The notes under the pieces: generated by a model
Databases searched by the model: none
What the model was told of the DNA's origin: nothing
The model's input: the letters and a program-made list of their open reading frames with translations, nothing else
Program-made: the position numbers and the translations under genes
Assembly (NCBI GenBank): GCA_046708445.1
Contig: JBKKDH010000122.1
Span: 1-32,701, forward strand
Reading direction: 5' to 3'
Length of the DNA stretch: 32,701 bases
DNA from: Arthrobacter sp.
Lineage (GTDB): Bacteria; Actinomycetota; Actinomycetes; Actinomycetales; Micrococcaceae
Shown: positions 8,192-17,181 of the stretch, one piece after another
Position numbering within the stretch: position 1 is the stretch's first letter
Layout: each line of letters begins with the position of its first letter

Positions 8192-9643
8192 CTAGTCCAG
8201 CAGGAGCGCCGGCTCCTCAAGGATGGCTGCGACGTCGGCCATAAAGCGTGCGGACAAGTCACCATCCACCACGCGGTGGTCGAAGGAGCCGCCCAGCGTG
8301 GTGATCCAGCGCGGGATGACTTCCCCGTCCAGGACCCACGGCTTCTGCTTGATGGTTCCGAAGGCGACGATCGCCACCTCGCCGGGGTTAATAATGGGAG
8401 TCCCGGTATCGATTCCCAGCGCGCCGATATTGGTGATTGTCAGCGTGCCGCCCTGCATTTCGGCGGGTTGGGTCTTGCCGGCCCGGGCGGTAGTGGCCAG
8501 GTTGTTCAGCGCCAGGGCAAGTTCCTTCAGCGAGAGATCCTGGGCATCCTTGATGTTGGGCACCATCAGGCCACGGGGCGTGGCGGCGGCGATCCCCAGG
8601 TTCATGTAGTGCTTGACGTGGATCTCGGCCGAGTCGGCGCCGTCGGCGTTGTCCACCCAGGTGGCGTTGACGCTCGGGTTCCGGGCAGCCGCCCAGATGA
8701 CCGCCTTGGCCAGGATCAGCAGCGGCGAGACACGGATGCCTTCGAAGTCACGTGAGGCCTTCAGGCGCTTGACGAACTCCATGGTGCGGCTGGCATCGAC
8801 GTCCACGAAGATGCTGACATGGGGTGCGGCAAAGGCCGACTCCACCATGGCCTTGGCGGTCGCTTTGCGGACGCCTTTGACCGGAATACGCTCAACCCTC
8901 TGGTCCTGGGGCTTGCCGGCCTTGCCCCAGAATCCGTCGGCCTTGTCCAATTCGGCGTCGCGCTGGGCCTGGTAGCTCACCAGGTCCTCGCGCGTGACCT
9001 CGCCGCGGGAGCCGGTAGCCACTACGTCCGCCAGGTCGATGCCCAGATCACGGGCGATCTTACGCACGGGGGGCTTGGCCAGGACCCGGTTCACGAGGCC
9101 GGTGATGGTGTCGCCCAGGGTGGGCCGGTCATCGACAGCGGATGTCACGACAGGATCGACCAGCGGGACCCGGGCAGCGACAGGCGCGGCCACCGGGACC
9201 GGGGCTGACCCGGCCGGAGTGGCAGGCGCGGTTTTGCGTGCGCGGCGCTTGACGGCGTCGGCCTTGGGACCGGAACCCACCAGCGGACCGCCGGCCAGGG
9301 CACTGTCCGTTGTGTCGGCGCCGGACTCGGGGCGCTTGCCGTACAGCGGCTGCGCAGCGGTGGCCGGAGCCGGGACATCGGCCGGTGTGGGGTCGCCGGA
9401 CATGGCGTCAGTGACGCTGATGATGGCGGTTCCGACGTCGATGGTGATCCCCTCAGGGACGAGCAGCTCCGTGACGGTCCCGGCGAAGGGCGACGGCAGC
9501 TCCACCAGGGACTTGGCCGTTTCGATCTCGCACAGGACGTCGTTGATGGCAACGGTGTCGCCCGGCTTGACCTTCCAGGAGACGATTTCCGCCTCGGTGA
9601 GGCCTTCGCCCACGTCGGGGAGGTTGAACTTGTTCACAGTCAT
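8192..9643 (-). CDS. bkdC: Dihydrolipoamide acyltransferase E2 of a 2-oxoacid (branched-chain/pyruvate) dehydrogenase
   Basis: Lipoyl domain [19 protein letters not shown]3-binding [16 protein letters not shown], catalytic DHRVVDG. GAGG RBS before ATG 9643. Confidence 0.92.
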   Translation of the reverse strand: MTVNKFNLPDVGEGLTEAEIVSWKVKPGDTVAINDVLCEIETAKSLVELPSPFAGTVTELLVPEGITIDVGTAIISVTDAMSGDPTPADVPAPATAAQPLYGKRPESGADTTDSALAGGPLVGSGPKADAVKRRARKTAPATPAGSAPVPVAAPVAARVPLVDPVVTSAVDDRPTLGDTITGLVNRVLAKPPVRKIARDLGIDLADVVATGSRGEVTREDLVSYQAQRDAELDKADGFWGKAGKPQDQRVERIPVKGVRKATAKAMVESAFAAPHVSIFVDVDASRTMEFVKRLKASRDFEGIRVSPLLILAKAVIWAAARNPSVNATWVDNADGADSAEIHVKHYMNLGIAAATPRGLMVPNIKDAQDLSLKELALALNNLATTARAGKTQPAEMQGGTLTITNIGALGIDTGTPIINPGEVAIVAFGTIKQKPWVLDGEVIPRWITTLGGSFDHRVVDGDLSARFMADVAAILEEPALLLD

Positions 9644-9730
9644 GGTGTCCTCGGTTTCGAAAAGCTCAAGTCTCCGCTCCGGGCCAGGAGACGGGGACGG
9701 CAAGTCTGAGTGGGGATGTGCGGGACCGGC

Positions 9731-10711
9731 CTAGTAGGCCAGGGCCCGGTCCAGCGCCTCAAGGATCCTGTCGATGTCCGGAAGGTAGTCTTCCTCGACC
9801 TTGGCCACGGGGTACGGCATGTGGAACCCGCCGACACGGATGACGGGGGCTTCGAGGGACAGGAAGGCACGTTCGCTGATCCTGGCTGCGATCTCGCCGC
9901 CGATGCCGCCGAAGGTGGGTGCCTCGTGGGCCACCACCAGGCGTCCGGTCTTCCTCACCGACGCCTCCACTGTGTCGAAATCGATCGGTGAGATGGAGCG
10001 GAGGTCGATAACTTCCACGCTGCGTCCGTCCTCCGCCGCGGCGTTCGCGGCGGCGAGGGCCACGGGCACCAGGGGGCCGTACGCCACGATGGTGGCATCC
10101 GTCCCCTCCCGGAGTACGTGTGCCTTGAAGGGGTCCTCCGCTTTGCCGGCGGCGTCCACGTCCACCTCGCCCTTGAGCCAGTAGCGGCGCTTGGGTTCAA
10201 AGACGATGACGGGATCCTGGCATTCGACCGCCTGCTGGATCATCCAGTACGCGTCATGCGGGTTGGACGGGGTGATGATGCGCAGCCCGGCAGTATGGGC
10301 GAACAGCGCCTCGGGGGACTCGGAGTGGTGCTCCACCGAGCCGATGCCCCCGCCGTACGGGATGCGGATGACCACGGGGACCGTGAGGTTACCGTTGCTG
10401 CGGGCATGCATCTTGGCCAGCTGGGTGGTGATCTGGTTGAAGCCGGGGAACACGAACCCGTCGAACTGGATCTCGCAGACCGGGCTGTAGCCACGCAGGG
10501 CGAGGCCAATCGCCGTGCCGATGATGCCGGATTCCGCCAGCGGGGTGTCCACCACGCGGTCGGGGCCGAACTCGGCGATCAGGCCGTCCGTGACGCGGTA
10601 GACGCCGCCGAGGGGACCGATGTCCTCGCCCATCAGCAGGGACTTGGGGTTGTTGGTCAGGGCTGCGCGCAGGCCTTCATTGATGGCCTTGGCGATTGTC
10701 ATGGTGGTCAT
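9731..10711 (-). CDS. bkdB: 2-oxoacid dehydrogenase E1 beta subunit
   Basis: GEDIG.LGGVYRVTDGL, DTPLAESGI, EIQFDGF, HHSESPE. TGATG overlap with E1 alpha. Confidence 0.93.
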   Translation of the reverse strand: MTTMTIAKAINEGLRAALTNNPKSLLMGEDIGPLGGVYRVTDGLIAEFGPDRVVDTPLAESGIIGTAIGLALRGYSPVCEIQFDGFVFPGFNQITTQLAKMHARSNGNLTVPVVIRIPYGGGIGSVEHHSESPEALFAHTAGLRIITPSNPHDAYWMIQQAVECQDPVIVFEPKRRYWLKGEVDVDAAGKAEDPFKAHVLREGTDATIVAYGPLVPVALAAANAAAEDGRSVEVIDLRSISPIDFDTVEASVRKTGRLVVAHEAPTFGGIGGEIAARISERAFLSLEAPVIRVGGFHMPYPVAKVEEDYLPDIDRILEALDRALAY

Positions 10712-11946
10712 CAGTGGCCTGCCTCTGTTTCTGCCTGTCCGGCCGGCTCCTCGCCGGCAAATCCTGCGCTGTATTCCTCGAACCAGGCAAGCTCCTCCGC
10801 AACCAGCGGGTGGGCTTCGACGTAGGTATTCGCGAAGGCCGTACGGATGTCCGGGGTCTCAAGGTCGTGGGTAGTCCGCCGGACGTAGGCCGCGAGTTCG
10901 TCGCCGTCGGCCTTCACCTTGGCAAAGAAGGCGCCGTCGGCGAGGCCCTCAGTCCGCAGGTACTTCTCCAGCCGAACCAGTGGATCCTTGGCCCGCCACG
11001 CATCCTCCTCCGCAGACGGCCGGTACTTGGTGGGGTCATCAGCAGTCGTGTGGGCGCCGACGCGGTAGGTGAAAGCCTCGATCAGCACCGGCCCCTTGCC
11101 TTGGCGCGCGTGGTCGAGGGCCCATTCGGTGACCGCGTGGACAGCAATGACGTCGTTGCCGTCCACGCGGATGCCCGGGAACCCGTAGCCCTTGGCGCGG
11201 TTGGAGAGCGGGATGCGGGTCTGCACGGTGCTGGGGACGGAGATGGCCCAGTGGTTGTTATGGCAGAAGAAGACGACCGGGGCGTTGTAGGAGGCGGCGA
11301 AAACCATGGATTCGTGGACGTCGCCCTCGGAGCTGGCGCCGTCGCCGAAGTAGGCCATGACGGCTGCCGGCGGTTCCGTACCCACGGGGTCCGAAGCCGC
11401 TGCGGACTTCTGGTCCCGCTGGATGCCCATGGCGTAGCCCACGGCGTGGAGCGTCTGGGCGGCCAGGACCAGCGTGTACAGGTGGAAGTTGGTGTCCTTG
11501 GGGTTCCACCCGCCGTTGGACACGCCGCGGAACTGGCGCAGCAGTTCCGCGAGGTCAACGTCGCGGGTGAGTGCAACGCCGTGCTCGCGGTAAGTGGGGA
11601 AGATGTAGTCCTGGGGCTGGCTGGCCCGGCCGGAGCCGATCTGCGCAGCTTCCTGGCCCGTCAGCGGAACCCAGAGGGCAAGCTGTCCCTGGCGCTGCAG
11701 TGCAGTGGCTTCCACGTCAAAGCGGCGGATTGCGGCCATGTCGGCGTACAGCCCGCGCAGCCTCTCCGGATCGAGCTTCTCGGCGTACTGGCTATAGAGG
11801 GGATGAGTGCCAAGCTTCCCGTCCGGTCCCAGCAACTGGACCATCGGCGCCGGGGGCTCACCCATGGCAGCTTCGGCATCAGCCTCAAGCTGGTCGTCTA
11901 CAGCTGTTCCGTCGAACTCGGTGGAGGGCAGATGTGTGGCGCCCAT
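10711..11946 (-). CDS. bkdA: 2-oxoacid dehydrogenase E1 alpha subunit (often annotated pdhA)
   Basis: GQEAAQ, PTYREH, TPP motif GDGASSEGD...NN.WAIS, YRVGAHTTADDP. AAGGAG RBS. Confidence 0.93.
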   Translation of the reverse strand: MGATHLPSTEFDGTAVDDQLEADAEAAMGEPPAPMVQLLGPDGKLGTHPLYSQYAEKLDPERLRGLYADMAAIRRFDVEATALQRQGQLALWVPLTGQEAAQIGSGRASQPQDYIFPTYREHGVALTRDVDLAELLRQFRGVSNGGWNPKDTNFHLYTLVLAAQTLHAVGYAMGIQRDQKSAAASDPVGTEPPAAVMAYFGDGASSEGDVHESMVFAASYNAPVVFFCHNNHWAISVPSTVQTRIPLSNRAKGYGFPGIRVDGNDVIAVHAVTEWALDHARQGKGPVLIEAFTYRVGAHTTADDPTKYRPSAEEDAWRAKDPLVRLEKYLRTEGLADGAFFAKVKADGDELAAYVRRTTHDLETPDIRTAFANTYVEAHPLVAEELAWFEEYSAGFAGEEPAGQAETEAGH

Positions 11947-11993
11947 ACCGTCTCCTTGCTTGCCGCATGCGGATGCGTTGCAATGTCGCTGGG

Positions 11994-12053
11994 ATATATG
12001 CCGCTAGAGGAATGCATTCCGCAGCTGGCATATATAATGGCTTACTGATCCTA
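11994..12053 (-). promoter_or_regulatory. bkd/pdh promoter (-10 TAGGAT) and 5' leader palindrome
   Basis: TAGGAT at 12053-12048; 42-bp imperfect inverted repeat at 11994-12035 centred on GGAATGCATTCC. Confidence 0.5.
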
Positions 12054-12095
12054 ACTTTATCTTCAGTAGGTAGCGCGCGGGCTACATGTTAAGCG

Positions 12096-13214
12096 CTAGG
12101 AACGGCGTGGCGGCTTTGTATAGTCTGCACACAGCCGCAGGAACCGGGTGTTGGCTTCCACCTCGCCGATGCTCACCCGCACACCCTCGGGGCCGAAGGC
12201 CCGTACCGATAGGGCCTGGGCCCCCGCCAGTTCGGCAAAATCCGTACTGTTGGCACCCAGGTCCAGCCAGACAAAGTTGCCCTGCGCCTGGGGGACGAAC
12301 CAGCCCAGCTCGCGCAGTCCGGCCGTGACCCGGTCCCGTTCGTCCACGATGCTTTGTACCCTTTCTACAACCTGGGGGTAGTTCTGCAGCGAGACAATTG
12401 CTGCCTGCTCGGCGATCTGGGACACCGCAAAGGGTGTGGCTGCGACGCGGAGGTGCTGGGTGAGCTCCGGATTCGACACGCTGTAACCCACCCGCAGCCC
12501 GGCCAGGCCATGGGCCTTGGAGAAGGTCCGGAGCACCACCACATTGGGGTACTTGCGGTACATGGCGATGCCGTCCACTGCGTCCTCGGCCCGCACGAAC
12601 TCCTGGTACGCCTCATCGATGACAACCACGACGTCGGACGGAACAGCCTGGATGAAACGCTCTGTCTCAGAGGTGGTCAGGATTGGGCCGGTGGGGTTGT
12701 TGGGGGTGCAGAGGAGGATGACCTTGGTCCGCACGGTGACCGCCGCTGCCATGGCGTCGAGGTCGTGGCGCCCGTCCGCGGTCAGGGGGATGCGGACGCT
12801 TTCGGCCCCCGCCAGGCCGACGCTGATGGGGTACGCCTCGAATGAGCGCCAGGCGTAGATCACTTCGTCAGCCTTGCCGTCGTCGTTCTGGCCGGCGAAG
12901 CTGGTCAGCAGCTGGTTGAGGGCGCCGAGGCTCCCTGCCCCGGTAACGATGTCCTCGGCCGGGACGTCGAGGAACTCAGCGAGCGCCGCGCGAAGCTTGC
13001 TGCTGAGGGGGTCCGGATAGCGGTTGAAGTCTGTCTGGCGTGCGATGGCCTCCACGACGGCGGGGAGCGGGGGCAGCGGGTTTTCGTTGGAGGACAGCTT
13101 GTAGCTGGCCAGTCCGTCAACGGCGACGGGGGGCTTGCCGGCGGCGTAGCGGGGAAGCCGGCCCACCACTGGACGCGGCCTGATTCCCCCGGCCAGGGGC
13201 TCTGATGAAGTCAT
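12096..13214 (-). CDS. pat: Histidinol-phosphate/aromatic amino acid aminotransferase (pat/hisC2 type)
   Basis: KLSSNENP, NRYPD, AWRSFEAY, PNNPTG, DEAY, RTFSKAHGLAGLRVGY. Not in a his operon. ATG 13214 lies 7 nt after TAGGCT. Confidence 0.85.
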   Translation of the reverse strand: MTSSEPLAGGIRPRPVVGRLPRYAAGKPPVAVDGLASYKLSSNENPLPPLPAVVEAIARQTDFNRYPDPLSSKLRAALAEFLDVPAEDIVTGAGSLGALNQLLTSFAGQNDDGKADEVIYAWRSFEAYPISVGLAGAESVRIPLTADGRHDLDAMAAAVTVRTKVILLCTPNNPTGPILTTSETERFIQAVPSDVVVVIDEAYQEFVRAEDAVDGIAMYRKYPNVVVLRTFSKAHGLAGLRVGYSVSNPELTQHLRVAATPFAVSQIAEQAAIVSLQNYPQVVERVQSIVDERDRVTAGLRELGWFVPQAQGNFVWLDLGANSTDFAELAGAQALSVRAFGPEGVRVSIGEVEANTRFLRLCADYTKPPRRS

Positions 13215-13272
13215 GCCAACTAGCCTACTTCTCCCCTGCCCCGGTGTTCGGGTGGTGTGACAGCATGGGCAC

Positions 13273-13701
13273 ATGCGCTCTTTCATCATGCGGGTCCTGA
13301 TCAACGGCCTGGCTCTCTGGATTGCAAGTTGGATCCTGCCGGGCCTGGACATTTCCACTGCCGCCACCACGAACGCCATCGCCGAAACCGGTGTCACCCA
13401 AGGCACGGATGCCATCGGGGTCACGCTGGCCTATCTATTCGTCGGGCTGATCTTCGGCGTTGTCAACGCGTTCGTCCGGCCGCTGGTCAGCTTTCTCTCG
13501 TTGCCCATCACTATCCTGACGCTGGGCCTTTTCACCATCGTCATCAACGCCGCCATGCTATATCTGACCTCCTGGATCAGCGGCTACACGCCGGTGCGCT
13601 TCACGATCGATTCCTTCTTCTGGACTGCCGTCCTCGCGGCGATCATCATCAGTGTCATCTCCCTGGTGGCAGGGCGGCTCCCGGGCGCACGGCGGCGCTG
13701 A
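13273..13701 (+). CDS. 4-TM phage holin family (superfamily IV/YvlD-like) membrane protein
   Basis: IFGVVNAFVRPLV..LSLPITILTLGLFTIVINAAML signature; four hydrophobic segments. Confidence 0.85.
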   Translation: MRSFIMRVLINGLALWIASWILPGLDISTAATTNAIAETGVTQGTDAIGVTLAYLFVGLIFGVVNAFVRPLVSFLSLPITILTLGLFTIVINAAMLYLTSWISGYTPVRFTIDSFFWTAVLAAIIISVISLVAGRLPGARRR

Positions 13702-13709
13702 AGGACAGA

Positions 13710-15161
13710 TCACCGCGCCCGATCAATCTCAGACGGCCGAGGTGGGGGTGGTGGCATGACCCTCGGTACAGCCGCCGGCTGCGGCTCGGGTGGCTTCGAA
13801 CGGGTCAGCGCGAAGCGGGTGGCCGTTGCCGTGCCGCCAGCTCCGAGCAGACCGCCCAGGACAGCGGTGGACGCCTCCAGGGAAGGGTCGTCGCTCGCTG
13901 CAACCAGCCGGGCGCCGTCCTGGTAGTTGGTGAGCTTGTGGCCGGGACCCAACCCCGCGTCCTCGCCATCGGCGGTGCGGACGTCGTTGGTCAGCGTCAC
14001 GGTGACACGGTTGCGGGCATCCGGACTGACGGCGCCGTCGGATCCAGGCACCCAGTCCTGCCTGTGCTCCAGGTGAAGCGTGCTGATGCCCGGGTCCGGT
14101 TCAATGCTGCCCACCGGCGATCCCGCCGTCAGCACGTACTTGACGTTGTACTCAGCTCGGAACTGCTCATCGGCCGCCATGTTCATGGCATGGATTCCGC
14201 CTTGGCTATAGCCGACAGCAACCACGGGCGCACCTTGTTCTGCGCCGGCAGCTTTGAGGGCCTTCAGGACTGCAGGGTTGACTTCCGCGGAGCCGTACCC
14301 CAATCCCTCAACGATGCCGGCCTCGTCGAAGGGATTCTCGCCACCCATCTCCCAGCCTGCGGGCTGGGTGCCGGGAACGATGACCACGTACGATTTCTGG
14401 CCGCCGTTATCCACCTCGAGGACCTCGATGTAGCCATCTCCCCGCTCATTGATGAGCCGTGCGCGCTCCAAGAGGCCTGCCGGTGATGCGTCCAGCTCGA
14501 CCGGAAACGACTCCACCGCCCGGACAGCAACGGGCCGTGGCTCCAACATGCGTGGGTGAAGCCCCGCAAGGCTCCTGATCAAGGGGGTGGCGGCAGCCAC
14601 GTGCGCGGCGGCCGAGTTTTCCGTCGCGATCTTGCCGGCCAGATATGCCTGCGGCCCGTACATGACTCCAAGCAGGGCCGGGATATTTCCCAACGCAAGT
14701 TCCGTTGCATCCCTGTTAAAGGCACCCGTCACGTCAGCATCCCGCAGCTGCTGGAGCCAGATCCCCACCCCCGTCAAAGCGTGCTGCCGCCTGAAAGACA
14801 TCACCGCCTCGGCCACTTCGTAGTCCGTCTTGCAATCCCGCACCTGCCGGCTGATGTGCTGCAGCTCCGTCCGGACGGCCTGGACACTCCATTGGGCCTC
14901 CCCGACGTCCATCAGGGCGGCCGTCCCAGTGGGACGCGGCTCATTCTGGTAGGGACACAGGTCGTCCCAAATCCGGCGGAGCTCCACTTCCACCGCGGCC
15001 AACTCCCCGGCAGCGGCGTCGAGTTTCTCAGCGCCGCCCATAAGCTCCTCCAGCTGAAAACTGATGCCGCCCACACCGCCACGGATCTCGAGGGGTCCGT
15101 CCACTGCCGGCCCGGTGAGATGGATGGGTCCGCCGCTGCCGGACGGTGTCACGTCGGCCAT
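13710..15161 (-). CDS. Helical N-terminal domain (YxxxE) fused to an alpha/beta hydrolase (lipase-like)
   Basis: VPGT oxyanion region, GYSQGG nucleophile elbow (S319), TAGSP, HRQDWVP (Asp) and GHKLTNY (His). N-terminal helical hairpin ends in YEVAE (aa 114-118). Confidence 0.8.
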   Translation of the reverse strand: MADVTPSGSGGPIHLTGPAVDGPLEIRGGVGGISFQLEELMGGAEKLDAAAGELAAVEVELRRIWDDLCPYQNEPRPTGTAALMDVGEAQWSVQAVRTELQHISRQVRDCKTDYEVAEAVMSFRRQHALTGVGIWLQQLRDADVTGAFNRDATELALGNIPALLGVMYGPQAYLAGKIATENSAAAHVAAATPLIRSLAGLHPRMLEPRPVAVRAVESFPVELDASPAGLLERARLINERGDGYIEVLEVDNGGQKSYVVIVPGTQPAGWEMGGENPFDEAGIVEGLGYGSAEVNPAVLKALKAAGAEQGAPVVAVGYSQGGIHAMNMAADEQFRAEYNVKYVLTAGSPVGSIEPDPGISTLHLEHRQDWVPGSDGAVSPDARNRVTVTLTNDVRTADGEDAGLGPGHKLTNYQDGARLVAASDDPSLEASTAVLGGLLGAGGTATATRFALTRSKPPEPQPAAVPRVMPPPPPRPSEIDRAR

Positions 15162-15463
15162 CAGAAGCGCCCGGCCGGGCTGCCGGCCAAAGCTCCCACC
15201 GCCTGCGAGTGGCGCCTCACCGAAGCCAATGCGTCCTCGAGCCGCCCGCGCGCCCTTCCCAGCGACACCTCCTGGAGTGCGACGGAATTCCGGTAGGCCC
15301 TCCCTGCCGGTGACTGCCAGTCCAGGAGCTGGATCTCACGGAAGCTGGCGAGGACCGTTTCCACCCGTCCCAGGCACGCGTCCACCCGGGCAGCCAACAG
15401 TTGAACCTCATAGCTGCGGGACACGCATGCCGCCATGTCGGTTGCCGTCACGTCACTGCCCAT
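15161..15463 (-). CDS. WXG100/ESAT-6-like 100-aa helical protein
   Basis: GGGAGG RBS before ATG 15463 gives exactly 100 aa with central W49 in DWQSPAGRAY and two amphipathic helices. TGATG overlap with the hydrolase start. Confidence 0.7.
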   Translation of the reverse strand: MGSDVTATDMAACVSRSYEVQLLAARVDACLGRVETVLASFREIQLLDWQSPAGRAYRNSVALQEVSLGRARGRLEDALASVRRHSQAVGALAGSPAGRF

Positions 15464-15528
15464 GTCCGTATTCCTCCCGGGTGCAGGTCGGGATGCCTGA
15501 TCCCTTGGCCGCCTGTGTCTGGACGCTG

Positions 15529-15583
15529 ACGCTACGGAACGGCACCCCGGCCGCGGAAGCACCGCCGTCGGCTATGTGGACAA
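15529..15583 (-). promoter_or_regulatory. Promoter of the WXG-like operon with a DnaA-box-type 9-mer
   Basis: -10 TAGCGT at 15534-15529; TTGTCCACA (perfect high-GC DnaA box) at 15583-15575. Confidence 0.45.
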
Positions 15584-15667
15584 GTAACGCGATTCAGTCC
15601 AAACAAATCCGGTCACACCCAGCAGCCCGCTTAAGCGGGTGTGCGGAGTTCATGAAAGAATCAGCAC

Positions 15668-17110
15668 ATGCCTGAAACTGCCGCCACAGCTGATACCCGC
15701 ACGCCCTCCGGACGCCTGGCCCTCGCCGCGTCACCGGACCAGATCGCACTGGGCCCGCTGGACGGCCGCTACCAGTCCGCCGTCGCACCCCTTGTTGACT
15801 ACCTGTCCGAGGCGGCCCTCAACCGCGACCGTGTGGCCGTCGAAGTCCAATGGCTCATCCACCTGACCAGCAACAACGTCCTCCCCGGCGCCGGCCCGCT
15901 CACCGCGGAACAGCAGGAAAAGCTCCGCGCGATCGTCACCGAATTCGACTCCGCCTCGGTGTCCGAGCTCGCCGAAATCGAGGCCGTCACCGTTCACGAC
16001 GTGAAGGCCGTGGAGTACTACATCGGCCGCCGCCTGCCCGGCATCGGCATCGAAAACCTGACCGCCATGGTCCACTTCGGCTGCACGTCAGAGGACATCA
16101 ACAACCTCTCCTACGCCCTGGGCGTCAAGGGTGCTGTGGAGGACGTGTGGCTGCCGGCAGCCCGCGCCCTCGTGGCCCAGATCAGCAAGATGGCCGAGGA
16201 CAACCGCGCGGTGCCCATGCTGTCCCGCACCCACGGCCAGCCGGCCACGCCCACCACCTTGGGTAAGGAACTGGCTGTCATCGCGCACCGGCTGACCCGC
16301 CAGCTGGACCGCATCGCCAAGACGGAATTCCTGGGCAAGATCAACGGTGCCACCGGCACCTACGCCGCCCACGTCGCGTCCGTTCCCGGCGCCGACTGGC
16401 AGCAGGTTTCCAAGTCCTTCGTCGAGGGCCTGGGCCTGGCCTGGAACCCGCTGACCACTCAGATTGAAAGCCACGACTGGCAGGCGGAGCTGTACGCCGA
16501 CGTCGCCCGGTTCAACCGGATCCTGCACAACGTCTGCACGGACATCTGGAGCTACATCTCCATCGGCTACTTCGCCCAGATCCCCGTGGCCGGTGCCACC
16601 GGATCCTCTACCATGCCGCACAAGGTCAACCCGATCCGGTTCGAAAACGCCGAGGCCAACCTCGAGATCTCCTCGGGCCTCCTGGACGTGCTGGGCTCCA
16701 CGCTGGTCACTTCCCGTTGGCAGCGCGACCTTACGGACTCCTCCAGCCAGCGCAACATCGGCGTGGCGTTCGGCCACTCCCTGCTGGCCATCTCCAACGT
16801 CGCCAAGGGCCTGGACCGGCTCGACGTCGCCGAGGACGTCCTGGCCGGTGACCTGGACACCAACTGGGAGGTCCTGGGCGAGGCCATCCAGATGGTCATG
16901 CGCGCCGAGGCGATTGCCGGCGTCGAAGGGATGGAAAACCCGTACGAGCGGCTGAAGGACCTCACCCGCGGACAGCGCGTGGACGCCGCCCGGATGCAGG
17001 AATTCGTCCAAAGCCTGGGCCTCTCCGCCGAGGCCGAGGCGCGCCTGCTCGCCTTGACGCCCGGCAAGTACACAGGCATCGCGGACCAGTTGGTGGACCA
17101 CCTCAAGTAG
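15668..17110 (+). CDS. purB: Adenylosuccinate lyase
   Basis: GPLDGRY, HDVKAVEY, HFGCTSEDINN, SRTHGQPA, GSSTMPHKVNPIRFENAEAN. Confidence 0.97.
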   Translation: MPETAATADTRTPSGRLALAASPDQIALGPLDGRYQSAVAPLVDYLSEAALNRDRVAVEVQWLIHLTSNNVLPGAGPLTAEQQEKLRAIVTEFDSASVSELAEIEAVTVHDVKAVEYYIGRRLPGIGIENLTAMVHFGCTSEDINNLSYALGVKGAVEDVWLPAARALVAQISKMAEDNRAVPMLSRTHGQPATPTTLGKELAVIAHRLTRQLDRIAKTEFLGKINGATGTYAAHVASVPGADWQQVSKSFVEGLGLAWNPLTTQIESHDWQAELYADVARFNRILHNVCTDIWSYISIGYFAQIPVAGATGSSTMPHKVNPIRFENAEANLEISSGLLDVLGSTLVTSRWQRDLTDSSSQRNIGVAFGHSLLAISNVAKGLDRLDVAEDVLAGDLDTNWEVLGEAIQMVMRAEAIAGVEGMENPYERLKDLTRGQRVDAARMQEFVQSLGLSAEAEARLLALTPGKYTGIADQLVDHLK

Positions 17111-17143
17111 GACGGCCGCAGGCCCAACAAGTAGTACGACGGC

Positions 17144-17181
17144 GGCGCCGGGCTCCTTGAGGGCCCCGGCGCCTTCGTTTT
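17144..17181 (+). terminator. purB intrinsic terminator
   Basis: GGCGCCGGG...CCCGGCGCC stem followed by TTCGTTTT. Confidence 0.8.

Noticed and set aside
9644-9730. 87-bp spacer between E1b and E2 with a GTCTCC/GGAGAC hairpin, or an N-terminal E2 extension
   Set aside because: The stem is short and not repeated in the window, and the RBS supports the ATG at 9643.
10696-12048. 450-aa plus-strand ORF, and similar ones at 13257-14486 and 27807-29009
   Set aside because: Antisense or frame-shifted shadows of well-supported genes.
13273-13701. Prophage suggested by the holin-family gene
   Set aside because: No integrase, endolysin, structural gene, att-like repeat or composition shift; the flanks are housekeeping genes.
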